A stretch of DNA of 64,000 bases, taken from Gemmatimonadales bacterium (GTDB lineage Bacteria; Gemmatimonadota; Gemmatimonadetes; Gemmatimonadales; GWC2-71-9). Location of the stretch: assembly GCA_036522815.1 (NCBI GenBank), contig DATDFC010000041.1, positions 3,765 to 67,764 of the forward strand. Direction: 5' to 3'. Positions 53,303-61,912 of this stretch are shown piece by piece. The notes beneath the pieces were generated by a model. It was given only the letters and a program-made list of their open reading frames with translations, searched no databases and was not told the origin of the DNA. A program made the translations under genes and the position numbers. Within the stretch, counting starts at the first letter, position 1; every line of letters starts with the position of its first letter.

Positions 53303-55702
53303 GCCGGGCGGAGCCCGTGTGATCCGCCACTTGACCTTTCCCGCCAACGGATCGCGCAGTAGCGCATAGCCGGTCGCGGTCGGACGTAGCTCGAGTGTGT
53401 GCAGCTCGCCGTTCGGGAGCGCGAAGCTGCCCGTCGCCGGGCCGCCGTCCGTGGTGAAGACGCGGAGCTCGACGTTGCTCCAATCGATCGCCGCCGTGTG
53501 CTGCGCCACGGCCACGTGCGGGATCACCGCGTGGTTCCGCACCAGGACCACGATCGGGATCGGTCCGGCCGGAATGTCGTGCCACGCGGCACCGGGGTAG
53601 GCGCGGCCGGTCTGATAGTCGATCCACGTGCCGGGCGGGAGGTACAGCCGGCGGTGATCGACCTCGTCAAACAGTGGCGCTACCAGCAGGTCCGAGCCGA
53701 ACAGATACTCGTCCTCGATCATCCAGGATGTCGGATCGTTCGGGTACTCGAAAAACAGCGTGCGGAGCATGGGGTATCCGCTGTCCGAGGACGCCTTGGC
53801 CTGCGCGTAGATATAGGGCATCAACCGGTACTTCAGCTCGACCGCGCGACGGAAGTCCCGCACGAACGCCGAGTCGTATTCCCACGGCTCGCGCGGGGGG
53901 GCGCCGTGCGTGCGCGTGTGCGAGGTGAGCGCACCGAAGGGGAGCCAGCGCCGGTACAGCTCGCGCGGCGCCCGGTTGACGAAGCCCCCCACATCGTGAC
54001 TCCAGAAGGTGAAGCCCGACAGCCCCAATGACAGTCCGCCGCGGAGCGTCGCGGCCATGGCCGAATTGGTGTTCTCCGCGTCACCGCCCCAGTGCAGTGG
54101 GTAGCGCTGGCTCCCGGCCCACGCGCTCCGCCCCCAGATGATGCCGTCGCCCGTTGCGCGCTGGGTGATCTCCCATGCGGCCTTGTTGTAGCGCACCGGG
54201 TAGAGGTTGTGCTCGTACCATCCGGTGCGTCCCGAGGCGTACACGCCCGTGAGCGGCGCGCCCTCGCCGAAGTCCGCCTTGATGACGCCCACGCCCATAT
54301 CCAGGAGATTCTTCAGCTTGCCCTGGTACCAGCGGACCGCGTCCGGGTTCGAGAAGTCGAGCGTGGCGTCCTCAGGCGCGATCCGGCCCGCTTCGTCGCG
54401 GACGCCGTAGCCGCCCTCCAGCATCTCGGTCCAGATCTTGTTCTTGCGGGTGAAGTAGGGGTACTGCCACAGGCTCACGTGGAAGCCCATCTTCCCGAGG
54501 TCCGCGATCATGGCGCGCGGGTTCGGGAAGCGCGTGGTGGAGAATTCGTAGTCGCTCCGCCAATCGGTCTCGAACCAGCCGGTATCCAGATGGATCACGT
54601 CGCTCGGGATCAGGTAGCGCCGCAGCTTGGCCGCCACGTCCCGCACCTCCGCCTCCGTCTTGTAGGTGATCCGGCTCATCCACAGCCCGAAGGACCAGAG
54701 CGGCGGCACCGGGCTGCGCCCGGTGAGCGCCGTGTACTCGCTCAGCACGTCCTTGGGCTGGCCCAGGAAGACGAACAGGTCGAGCACTTCGTCGCCCGTG
54801 TAGATGACGGTGTGCTGATCAAAATCATGGCCGAAATCGAAAGTGACGGGCGCGCTCGTGTGCACGAACATGCCGTATCCGTTGCTGCTCAAAAAGAAGG
54901 GGACCGCCTTGTACTGGCGGTAGTTCTGCACGCCCTGACCATCGCGCAAGTACATGACCATTTTCTGGCCGCGCTTGTTCAAGCGCGTGAACGACTCACC
55001 GGTCCCGAAGATCTTTTCATCGTACTGGAGCTCGAAGCTGGCGGCCGTGCTGCGACCCAGGTCGCGCGCGCGTCGGATGAACGAGAACGGCGCGTACGGC
55101 TGGAACGAGGCGGGGTCGCCCAGCGTCTGGGTGCGGGTCAGCAGCCTGCCCGCGTCGTCGTAGAACTCGATGTGCCACGGGTTCTTGATGAGGCGGAGCT
55201 CACCGTGGCTGCTCCGGTAGCGGACGACGCTGTCGCTGCTCTCCACCCTCCACGAACGGTCGGTGGGCACGGGGCCGGCCAGCATGAGGGAATCGGTGTC
55301 GCGGCGGGCGGCGGTCGGCAGGTCTCGCGTGAACAAGCGCAGCCGCACGGTGCGCGGGCTTACGAAGGTGATCTCGAAGGGGAGCGCCGGGTCACGCTCG
55401 TACTCCGTCCCGGGAAACTCGTGCGCGCCGGCGCGCGCCAGCACCATATCCATCTTGTTGAACGAGTAGCTGGGCTGGCGTACGTAGCGGTCCCAGCGGA
55501 GCACGCCCGCGCCGGTGGCCGGATCGAACTGTGCGACGCGGCTGCCCACAAAATGGATCTGATCCGGCTGCTCGAACTCCTCGCTCACATCCACGAGATC
55601 GCCCAGGATGCGCGGCCGCGCCTGGGCGTGCGGCTCCGTCTGCGCCGCCGCGGGCGCGTACGGGGCGAGCAGCAGCCCCAGGGCGACGAGACACGGCTTC
55701 AC
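53297..55702 (-). CDS. GH31 alpha-xylosidase-like glycosidase, secreted
   Basis: Signal peptide, 'WSFGLWMSR', 'HLDTGW', nucleophile 'KADFGE', 'HWGGD', 'WSHDVGGF'. GTG start overlaps the xylB stop. Confidence 0.92.
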   Translation of the reverse strand: MKPCLVALGLLLAPYAPAAAQTEPHAQARPRILGDLVDVSEEFEQPDQIHFVGSRVAQFDPATGAGVLRWDRYVRQPSYSFNKMDMVLARAGAHEFPGTEYERDPALPFEITFVSPRTVRLRLFTRDLPTAARRDTDSLMLAGPVPTDRSWRVESSDSVVRYRSSHGELRLIKNPWHIEFYDDAGRLLTRTQTLGDPASFQPYAPFSFIRRARDLGRSTAASFELQYDEKIFGTGESFTRLNKRGQKMVMYLRDGQGVQNYRQYKAVPFFLSSNGYGMFVHTSAPVTFDFGHDFDQHTVIYTGDEVLDLFVFLGQPKDVLSEYTALTGRSPVPPLWSFGLWMSRITYKTEAEVRDVAAKLRRYLIPSDVIHLDTGWFETDWRSDYEFSTTRFPNPRAMIADLGKMGFHVSLWQYPYFTRKNKIWTEMLEGGYGVRDEAGRIAPEDATLDFSNPDAVRWYQGKLKNLLDMGVGVIKADFGEGAPLTGVYASGRTGWYEHNLYPVRYNKAAWEITQRATGDGIIWGRSAWAGSQRYPLHWGGDAENTNSAMAATLRGGLSLGLSGFTFWSHDVGGFVNRAPRELYRRWLPFGALTSHTRTHGAPPREPWEYDSAFVRDFRRAVELKYRLMPYIYAQAKASSDSGYPMLRTLFFEYPNDPTSWMIEDEYLFGSDLLVAPLFDEVDHRRLYLPPGTWIDYQTGRAYPGAAWHDIPAGPIPIVVLVRNHAVIPHVAVAQHTAAIDWSNVELRVFTTDGGPATGSFALPNGELHTLELRPTATGYALLRDPLAGKVKWRITRAPPGS

Positions 55703-57189
55703 GAGCGAATACCCGCCGGATAGCACGCGCGGAAACGCTCGTAGACCTGCTGATACGCCCGCTGCGCCTCCGGATCCGGCGGCGCCGGCGGCTCCCGGGT
55801 CAGCGTGCACCGGGCGGCGGACGCGAGGTCCGCGAACGCCCCCGCCCCCACGGCCGCGAGCAGGGCCGCCCCGTAGGCCGGCCCCTCTTCCCGGTTGACC
55901 GTCGTCACGGGCAGACCGAAGATGTCCGCCTGCAGCCGGCGGATGAACGCACTGCGCGCCCCTCCCCCCGTCAGCAGCAGGCTCGCCGGGGTAAGCCCGA
56001 GCTCCTGGAGGATGGCCACGCAGTCGCGCAGCGCGAAGCATACGCCTTCCAGCACGGCGCGAGTCATGTGGGCCCGCGAATGCGCGAGGCTGAGCCCCAC
56101 GAACGCCGCCCGGAGCGAGGCGTCGCGGTGCGGTGTGCGCTCACCCTGGAGATACGGGAGGAACGTCACGCCCTCGGCACCGGGCGGCACGCCGGCCGCC
56201 TCCTCGACCAGCCGCGCATCGCGCTGATCGCTGTCGGCGAGCTCGCGCGCCAGCTGATCGCGGTACCAGGCGAACGCGCCCCCCGCCGAGAGCACGACGC
56301 CCATCACGTACCAGACGCCGGGCACGACGTGACAGAAGGTGTGCGCCCGCAGGCCCGGGTCCACACGCGGCTCGGCCGTCGGGGCGAGCACGGTGCCGGA
56401 CGTGCCCCAGCTCGATACGGCCTCGCCGGGGGTGATCGCGCCCACGCCTGCCGCCCCGCAGGCGTTGTCGGCCCCGCCCCCCACGACGGGAGTACCGGCC
56501 GCGAGGCCCGTGAGCGACGCGGCCGGTTCGCTGACACGCCCGAGCACGTCCGACGATCCGCCCACCTCGGGTAAGAGCGAGAGAGGAAGCTCGACCGCTT
56601 CCATCATGGCGCGGCTCCAGCGCACGCCGGCAGGGTCGAACATGAGCGTGCCGGACGCATCGGACGGCTCCGAGGAGATCGTACCCGTGAGACGCAGCCG
56701 AATGAAATCCTTGGCGAGGAGCACCGTTGCGAGCCGGCGGAAAGCCGCGGGCTCGTGGTTGCGCAACCACAGGACCTTGGGAAGCGTGAAGCCTTCGAGC
56801 GCGGGGTTGCACACCCACTCGCGCAGCTGGGCTTCGCCGCCCGCGCGCTCCACGATCTCGCGGCATTCGGCCGTGGTTCGCCCGTCGCACCACAGCAGCG
56901 CGGGGCGGATCACCGTGCCGCTCTTGTCGAGAAACACGGAGGAGTGCATCTGACCCGAGATCCCGACCGCAGCGACGCGCGCACCCGCGCGCTGCTCGAG
57001 CACGCGGCGGATGGCCGCCGCGCTCGCCTCCCACCACGCCGCCGGATCCTGCTCCGCCCAGCCGGGTCGTGGGGTGTCGAGCGCGAGGGGGACGGTCGCG
57101 GCGGTCTCGACCGCTCCCGCCGGGCTCACGAGAATGGCTTTCACGCCGCTCGTACCCACGTCCAGCCCGAGGAACAGGGAGTCCGCCAC
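55699..57189 (-). CDS. xylB: Xylulokinase
   Basis: 'GLDVGTSG.K', 'SGQMH', 'LWCDGR', 'GGADN', 'FLPYL.GERTP'. Adjacent to xylA. Confidence 0.95.
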   Translation of the reverse strand: MADSLFLGLDVGTSGVKAILVSPAGAVETAATVPLALDTPRPGWAEQDPAAWWEASAAAIRRVLEQRAGARVAAVGISGQMHSSVFLDKSGTVIRPALLWCDGRTTAECREIVERAGGEAQLREWVCNPALEGFTLPKVLWLRNHEPAAFRRLATVLLAKDFIRLRLTGTISSEPSDASGTLMFDPAGVRWSRAMMEAVELPLSLLPEVGGSSDVLGRVSEPAASLTGLAAGTPVVGGGADNACGAAGVGAITPGEAVSSWGTSGTVLAPTAEPRVDPGLRAHTFCHVVPGVWYVMGVVLSAGGAFAWYRDQLARELADSDQRDARLVEEAAGVPPGAEGVTFLPYLQGERTPHRDASLRAAFVGLSLAHSRAHMTRAVLEGVCFALRDCVAILQELGLTPASLLLTGGGARSAFIRRLQADIFGLPVTTVNREEGPAYGAALLAAVGAGAFADLASAARCTLTREPPAPPDPEAQRAYQQVYERFRACYPAGIRS

Positions 57190-57190
57190 C

Positions 57191-58372
57191 TCAGCGTGCC
57201 CCCAGCAGCAGCTCCATCGTGAGCTGGTCGAGCCGCTCGTAGGCGTAGCCCTGGCGGCGGAGCGCGGCGAGATCGAATGTCCTGGTCTTGAGCGCGCGCG
57301 CCCCTTCCGCGCTGAAGGTCACGCGCTCGGACGCGGCGCCGCCCCGCCGGCCCAGCTCCGTCAGCAACTGCTGAATCTCGGCATCGTGATTGAAGCGCTC
57401 CACCTTCTCCTTGAGGATCAAGTAGGTGCGCATGCTTCCAGCGGCGAACGCCCAGACTCCCTCCTCGTCCTCCGTGCGGTAGGCGTGGCTGTCGAAGTGC
57501 CGCATTCCCGGCCAGCGGGCGTCCTCGAGCAGCTTCACCAGGAAAAACGCCGCCTTGGGGTCATCGCTCCCGAAGCGCAGGTCCTGATCGAAGCGTCCCG
57601 GCTGCTGCCCGTTGAGATCGATGTGGAACAGCTTGCCCGCTTCGAGCGCCTGGGCCACGCCGTGGGAGAAGTCGAGGCCGGCCATCTGCTCGTGCGCCAC
57701 CTCCGGATTGACGCCCACCATCTCGGGATGATCGAGCGTATAGACGAAGGCGAGCATGTGACCGGTGGTGGGCAGGAAGATGTCGCCGCGCGGCTCGTTG
57801 GGCTTGGCCTCGAGCGCGAACCGCAGGTCGTAGCGCTGCGACCGGACGTACTCGCACAGGAAGTTGATGGCGTCGCGGTACCAGCCGAGCGCGGCGCGGG
57901 GGTCCTTGGCGGCGTTGGTCTCCACCCCTTCTCGCCCGCCCCAGCAGACGTACATCGTGGCCCCCAGCTCCACCGCCAGGTCGATGGCCGTCATGGTCTT
58001 CTGCAGCGCGTATGCCCGGACCCGCGCGTCGTTGCTGGTGAAAGCGCCGTCGCGGAAGACGGGGTCGGAGAACAGGTTGGTGGTCGCCATCGGCACGCGC
58101 ATCCCCGTGTCGGCGAGCGCCTGCTTGAACTCGCGCACGATCCGATCCCGCTCCGCGGGCGTGGCGTCCCGGGGCACCAGGTCGTTGTCGTGCAGGTTGA
58201 CGCCGTACGCGCCGAGCTGCGCCAGCTTGCGGACGATGTCGACGGGGGACAGCGCCGGTCGCACGGGATCCCCGAAGGGGTCGCGGCCGGGGTTGCCGAC
58301 CGTCCAGAGCCCGAACGTGAAGTGGTGCTCCGGGCGGGGCGTATAGGCGTCCTGCGTGGCTCTCGGACTCAT
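57191..58372 (-). CDS. xylA: Xylose isomerase (short, class I type)
   Basis: '[15 protein letters not shown]', 'WGGREG', 'E.KPNEPRGD', 'VNPEVAHE', 'FDQDL'. Confidence 0.96.
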   Translation of the reverse strand: MSPRATQDAYTPRPEHHFTFGLWTVGNPGRDPFGDPVRPALSPVDIVRKLAQLGAYGVNLHDNDLVPRDATPAERDRIVREFKQALADTGMRVPMATTNLFSDPVFRDGAFTSNDARVRAYALQKTMTAIDLAVELGATMYVCWGGREGVETNAAKDPRAALGWYRDAINFLCEYVRSQRYDLRFALEAKPNEPRGDIFLPTTGHMLAFVYTLDHPEMVGVNPEVAHEQMAGLDFSHGVAQALEAGKLFHIDLNGQQPGRFDQDLRFGSDDPKAAFFLVKLLEDARWPGMRHFDSHAYRTEDEEGVWAFAAGSMRTYLILKEKVERFNHDAEIQQLLTELGRRGGAASERVTFSAEGARALKTRTFDLAALRRQGYAYERLDQLTMELLLGAR

Positions 58373-58392
58373 GTGGTGGGTTTCCCCGAATG

Positions 58393-58420
58393 GCCGGTTA
58401 GATTTGCCGCTCTAACGGGC
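58393..58420. promoter_or_regulatory. Operator-like imperfect inverted repeat in the 48-bp xylA/galT divergent gap
   Basis: GCCGGTTAGA-N8-TCTAACGGGC (9 of 10 arm positions pair). Confidence 0.4.
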
Positions 58421-59449
58421 ATGGTCTGGGAACAGCGTTGGCATCCGCTGCGGCGCGAGTGGGTGGTCGTATCCTCCCACCGCAACGAGCGCCCCTGGCA
58501 GGGCGAGCGCGTGGACGACACGCCGCGCGCGCTGCCGCCCTACGTCCAGGATTGCTATCTGTGTCCCGGCAACGTACGCAGCTCGGGGCAGCGGAACGAC
58601 CGCTACACCGGGGTCTTCGTGTTCGACAACGACCACCCGTGCGTCGGCCCCGCGGCACCCGCGGAGCTCGCCGCGCCACGGGGAATCTATCGGAACCGGC
58701 CCGCCAGCGGATGTGCCCGGGTGGTGTGCTTCACGCCGCGGCACGATCTCACCCTCGCCCAGCTGCCGGCCGGGGAGCTGGTGCAGCTGCTCGAGGTGCT
58801 GCAGGCGCAGTACCGGGAACTCGGGCATCGCGACGACGTCCGGCACGTGCTCGTATTCGAGAACAAGGGCGAGGTGGTCGGCGTGAGCAACCCCCATCCC
58901 CATTGCCAGATCTACGCCACGAATTTCGTGTTCAAGACCATCGAGCTCGAGGCGGAGGCGCAGGCGGCGCACCTGGCGGAGCACGGTCGGCCGCTGTTCC
59001 AGGACATCCTGGCGGCCGAGGAAGCGGATGGCCGCCGGCTGCTGGTCCGCCGCGACCAGGCGCTCTCCTTTGTTCCGTATTTCGCCCGCTACCCGTACGA
59101 GACGTTCGTGGCGCCACGGGCGACGCGCCCCAGCCTGGCGCACCTCTCGGCCGCGGAGCTCGTGGACTTCGCGGCGGTGCTGCGGGAGACGCTGATTCGA
59201 TTGGATAACCTGTGGCGCATGTCGTTCCCCTATGTGATGGTGCTGCACCAGGCGCCCACGGACGGATCGCCCCACCCGGGGTTTCACTTCCACATCCAGA
59301 TCCACACGCCGCTGCGCAAGCCGGGCCTGCTCAAATACCTCGCCGGTCCGGAGATCGGCGGCGGCAACTTCTTGAACGATACGGCCCCCGAGGAAAAGGC
59401 GGCCGAGCTGCGGACGGTCGCGAGCGTGCACTACACGCAGGGCGGCTGA
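58421..59449 (+). CDS. galT: Galactose-1-phosphate uridylyltransferase (GalT family)
   Basis: 'R..PL..EWV.VS.HR..RPW.G', 'CYLCPGN.R', 'FENKG...G.SNPHPHCQ' active-site motif. Confidence 0.9.
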   Translation: MVWEQRWHPLRREWVVVSSHRNERPWQGERVDDTPRALPPYVQDCYLCPGNVRSSGQRNDRYTGVFVFDNDHPCVGPAAPAELAAPRGIYRNRPASGCARVVCFTPRHDLTLAQLPAGELVQLLEVLQAQYRELGHRDDVRHVLVFENKGEVVGVSNPHPHCQIYATNFVFKTIELEAEAQAAHLAEHGRPLFQDILAAEEADGRRLLVRRDQALSFVPYFARYPYETFVAPRATRPSLAHLSAAELVDFAAVLRETLIRLDNLWRMSFPYVMVLHQAPTDGSPHPGFHFHIQIHTPLRKPGLLKYLAGPEIGGGNFLNDTAPEEKAAELRTVASVHYTQGG

Positions 59450-59450
59450 G

Positions 59451-60464
59451 GTGACGGACGTCGAGCGCCTGCTCGAGCCCATCCTCGCGCTGCACGCGCG
59501 CATCCGGGACGCGGTGCTCGAGTCGTGCTCCCGGCAGTCGTCGGAGCTGCTCGCCGCCGTCGCTTCCGACACGGCAGGCGCGGGCGACACGACCTACGCT
59601 ATCGACCGGGTGGGCGAGGACATTCTCGTGCAGGGCCTGACGGACGTCGCCCGCGCGGCGCCGCTGTGCCTCGTGGCCGAGGGCCTTCCGGGCGACGGCC
59701 TCGTGCTGCCGCGCGGGGCGCGGGAGCAGGATTGCCGCTGGCGCCTGCTGGTGGACCCGATCGACGGCACGCGCGGACTCATGTATCAGAAGCGCAGCGC
59801 GTGGATTCTCACCGGCATCGCGCCGAATCGTGGTGCCGCCACCCGCTTGCGCGACATCGTCCTGGCGGTGCAGACGGAGATTCCGCTCCTCAAGCAGCAC
59901 TTGTCGGATCAGCTGTGGGCGCAGCGCGGGCGAGGCGTCGAGGCGCGGCGGTTCAATCGCCTGTCCGGCGCGCGGGAGGGTCTCACGTTGCGGCCGTCGC
60001 GCGCGGACACCATCGCGCACGGGTTCGCCACCGTCGTGCGATTTTTTCCTGGAGCCCGGGACACGCTGGCCGCGATCGACGATGAAGTGGTGCAGGCGCT
60101 GGTCCCGCCGGCCCCGGGGAGGGCGGCGTGCTTCGAAGACCAGTATGCCTCAACCGGGGGGGAGCTGTACGAGCTGCTGGCCGGTCACGATCGGCTGGTC
60201 GCCGACCTGCGGCCTTTGATGCAACCGGTCCGCGCCGCCGGCGGTCTGCCGCCGGGGCTGTGCTGCCACCCCTATGATCTTTGCACGGCGCTCATCGCCG
60301 AGGAGGCAGGCGTGATCGTGCGCGACCCGAGCGGCGCGCCGCTCGACGCGCCGTTCGATGTCACGGCCGACGTGGCGTGGGTGGGATACGCGAACGAACG
60401 GCTCCGCGCGCTGGTCGAGCCGGTGCTGCAGGCTGCGCTGCGGCGGCGGGGATTGCTGCGTTGA
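59451..60464 (+). CDS. Inositol monophosphatase (FIG) superfamily protein
   Basis: 'AEG', 'DPIDGT', C-terminal 'PYD....LIAEEAG....D..G'. Confidence 0.82.
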   Translation: MTDVERLLEPILALHARIRDAVLESCSRQSSELLAAVASDTAGAGDTTYAIDRVGEDILVQGLTDVARAAPLCLVAEGLPGDGLVLPRGAREQDCRWRLLVDPIDGTRGLMYQKRSAWILTGIAPNRGAATRLRDIVLAVQTEIPLLKQHLSDQLWAQRGRGVEARRFNRLSGAREGLTLRPSRADTIAHGFATVVRFFPGARDTLAAIDDEVVQALVPPAPGRAACFEDQYASTGGELYELLAGHDRLVADLRPLMQPVRAAGGLPPGLCCHPYDLCTALIAEEAGVIVRDPSGAPLDAPFDVTADVAWVGYANERLRALVEPVLQAALRRRGLLR

Positions 60465-61912
60465 TCCCGCTGCGCCGCCTTCCGGACGTCCGCGACTCGG
60501 GAGACCTCGTCTGGTTCCAGCGCGCCCTCGACCGCCGGCGCGCCTTGCCTCAGGAGGCGGACCCGCGCCTGCGCGCGTTCTTCGCGGCCGACTCCCCTAT
60601 CTACATCGCCCGGGCGCCGGGACGACTGGATGTCATGGGCGGGATCGCCGACTACAGCGGCGCCTGTGTGCTCGAGTTGCCACTCGAATGCGCGACGGCG
60701 GCCCTGTTCCAGTGGCAGGACACACCGCGCTGCGACATCGCGACGCGCCGCGGGGAACGGTGGCATGTCTTCAGCGTCGAGCTGCCGCTCGGTACGCCGG
60801 CGGAGCTGGCGGCGCGGTTCGTGGGGCGGGCCGCCGACCGGTGGGCGAGCTACGTCGTGGGCATTGTGCAGCACTGCCTCGCACACGCCGCTCGAGCCGG
60901 ACGGCCCCTGCCCGTGGGCCTCCGGCTGCTGATCGATTCGACCGTACCGGAAGGCAGAGGCGTCGCATCGTCCGCGGCGCTCGAGGTCGCCGCCGGGACG
61001 GCCGTGGCCGCCGGCTGCGGCAGCCCCATGACCCCCGAGCAACTCGCGGCGGCCTGCCAGGCGGTGGAAAACCACGTGGTCGGTGCCCCCTGCGGCATCA
61101 TGGATCAGATGACCAGCGCGTGCGGCCGGCGCGATCGGCTGCTCCAGCTGCGCTGCCAGCCGGGCACGATCGAAGGGTACGTCGCCGTTCCCGCGGGATT
61201 CCGGTTCTACGGCATCGATTCCGGCATCAGCCACGCGGTCGCCGGGGCGGACTACGGCACCGTGCGCACGGCGGCATTCATGGGCTACCGCATGATCGCC
61301 GCCGCGGCGGGGTTGCGCGCGGTGCGAGACGGGTCTCGAGTGCGCGTGGACGATCCGCGCTGGGGAGGCTATCTCGCGAATCTCACGGGGTCTGATCTCT
61401 CGGCCGTCAGCGACGTCCTTCCGGAGCAGATGTCCGGGGCCGAGTTCCTCGAGCGCTACGACGGGCTGACCGACACGGCCACGCAGGTGCGCCATGAGCG
61501 GCGCTACCCCGTCCGCCAAGCCACGGAACACCCCATCCGCGAGCACGCGCGCGTGCTGCGCTTCGCCGAGCTGCTCGGCGCGCTGGCGGCGGAGCCGCGC
61601 GCGGCGCTCGAGCTGGGGCGACTCATGTATGAGTCCCACCGGAGCTACAGCGCCTGTGGGCTCGGCAGCGACGGCACCGATCGCCTGGTGGAGCTGGTCG
61701 CCGCCTTTGGCCCGGAGCGCGGACTGTTCGGCGCGAAGATCACCGGTGGGGGAAGCGGCGGCACCGTAGCGGTGCTCGGTACGCGCGAGGCGGAGGCGCT
61801 GGTGCGCGACGTGGCGACCCGCTACGGCGCGGAGACCGGCCGGGACACGACCGTCTTCACCACCTCAGGACCGGGGGCGGCCGAGACCGGCGTCTTGCTA
61901 CTGGAGCCGTAG
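60461..61912 (+). CDS. GHMP sugar kinase, plant L-arabinokinase-like / galactokinase family
   Basis: 'RAPGRLDVMGGIADYSG', 'VPEGRGVASSAA.EVA', 'VENHVVGAPCGIMDQ', 'GAKITGGGSGGTV'. TTG start overlapping the upstream stop (start uncertain). Confidence 0.85.
   Translation: MIPLRRLPDVRDSGDLVWFQRALDRRRALPQEADPRLRAFFAADSPIYIARAPGRLDVMGGIADYSGACVLELPLECATAALFQWQDTPRCDIATRRGERWHVFSVELPLGTPAELAARFVGRAADRWASYVVGIVQHCLAHAARAGRPLPVGLRLLIDSTVPEGRGVASSAALEVAAGTAVAAGCGSPMTPEQLAAACQAVENHVVGAPCGIMDQMTSACGRRDRLLQLRCQPGTIEGYVAVPAGFRFYGIDSGISHAVAGADYGTVRTAAFMGYRMIAAAAGLRAVRDGSRVRVDDPRWGGYLANLTGSDLSAVSDVLPEQMSGAEFLERYDGLTDTATQVRHERRYPVRQATEHPIREHARVLRFAELLGALAAEPRAALELGRLMYESHRSYSACGLGSDGTDRLVELVAAFGPERGLFGAKITGGGSGGTVAVLGTREAEALVRDVATRYGAETGRDTTVFTTSGPGAAETGVLLLEP

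Noticed and set aside
57011..58420. Long N-terminal extensions on galT and other ORF-track entries (xylosidase, GMC, ABC ATPase, uxuA, fuconate dehydratase)
   Set aside because: The extensions overlap neighbouring real genes in another frame or strand. Family homology begins at downstream starts with stop/start overlaps.
61898..61912. Convergent 3' overlaps (kinase/GH2, and 53297-53302)
   Set aside because: Short tail-to-tail overlaps are ordinary in compact high-GC genomes.
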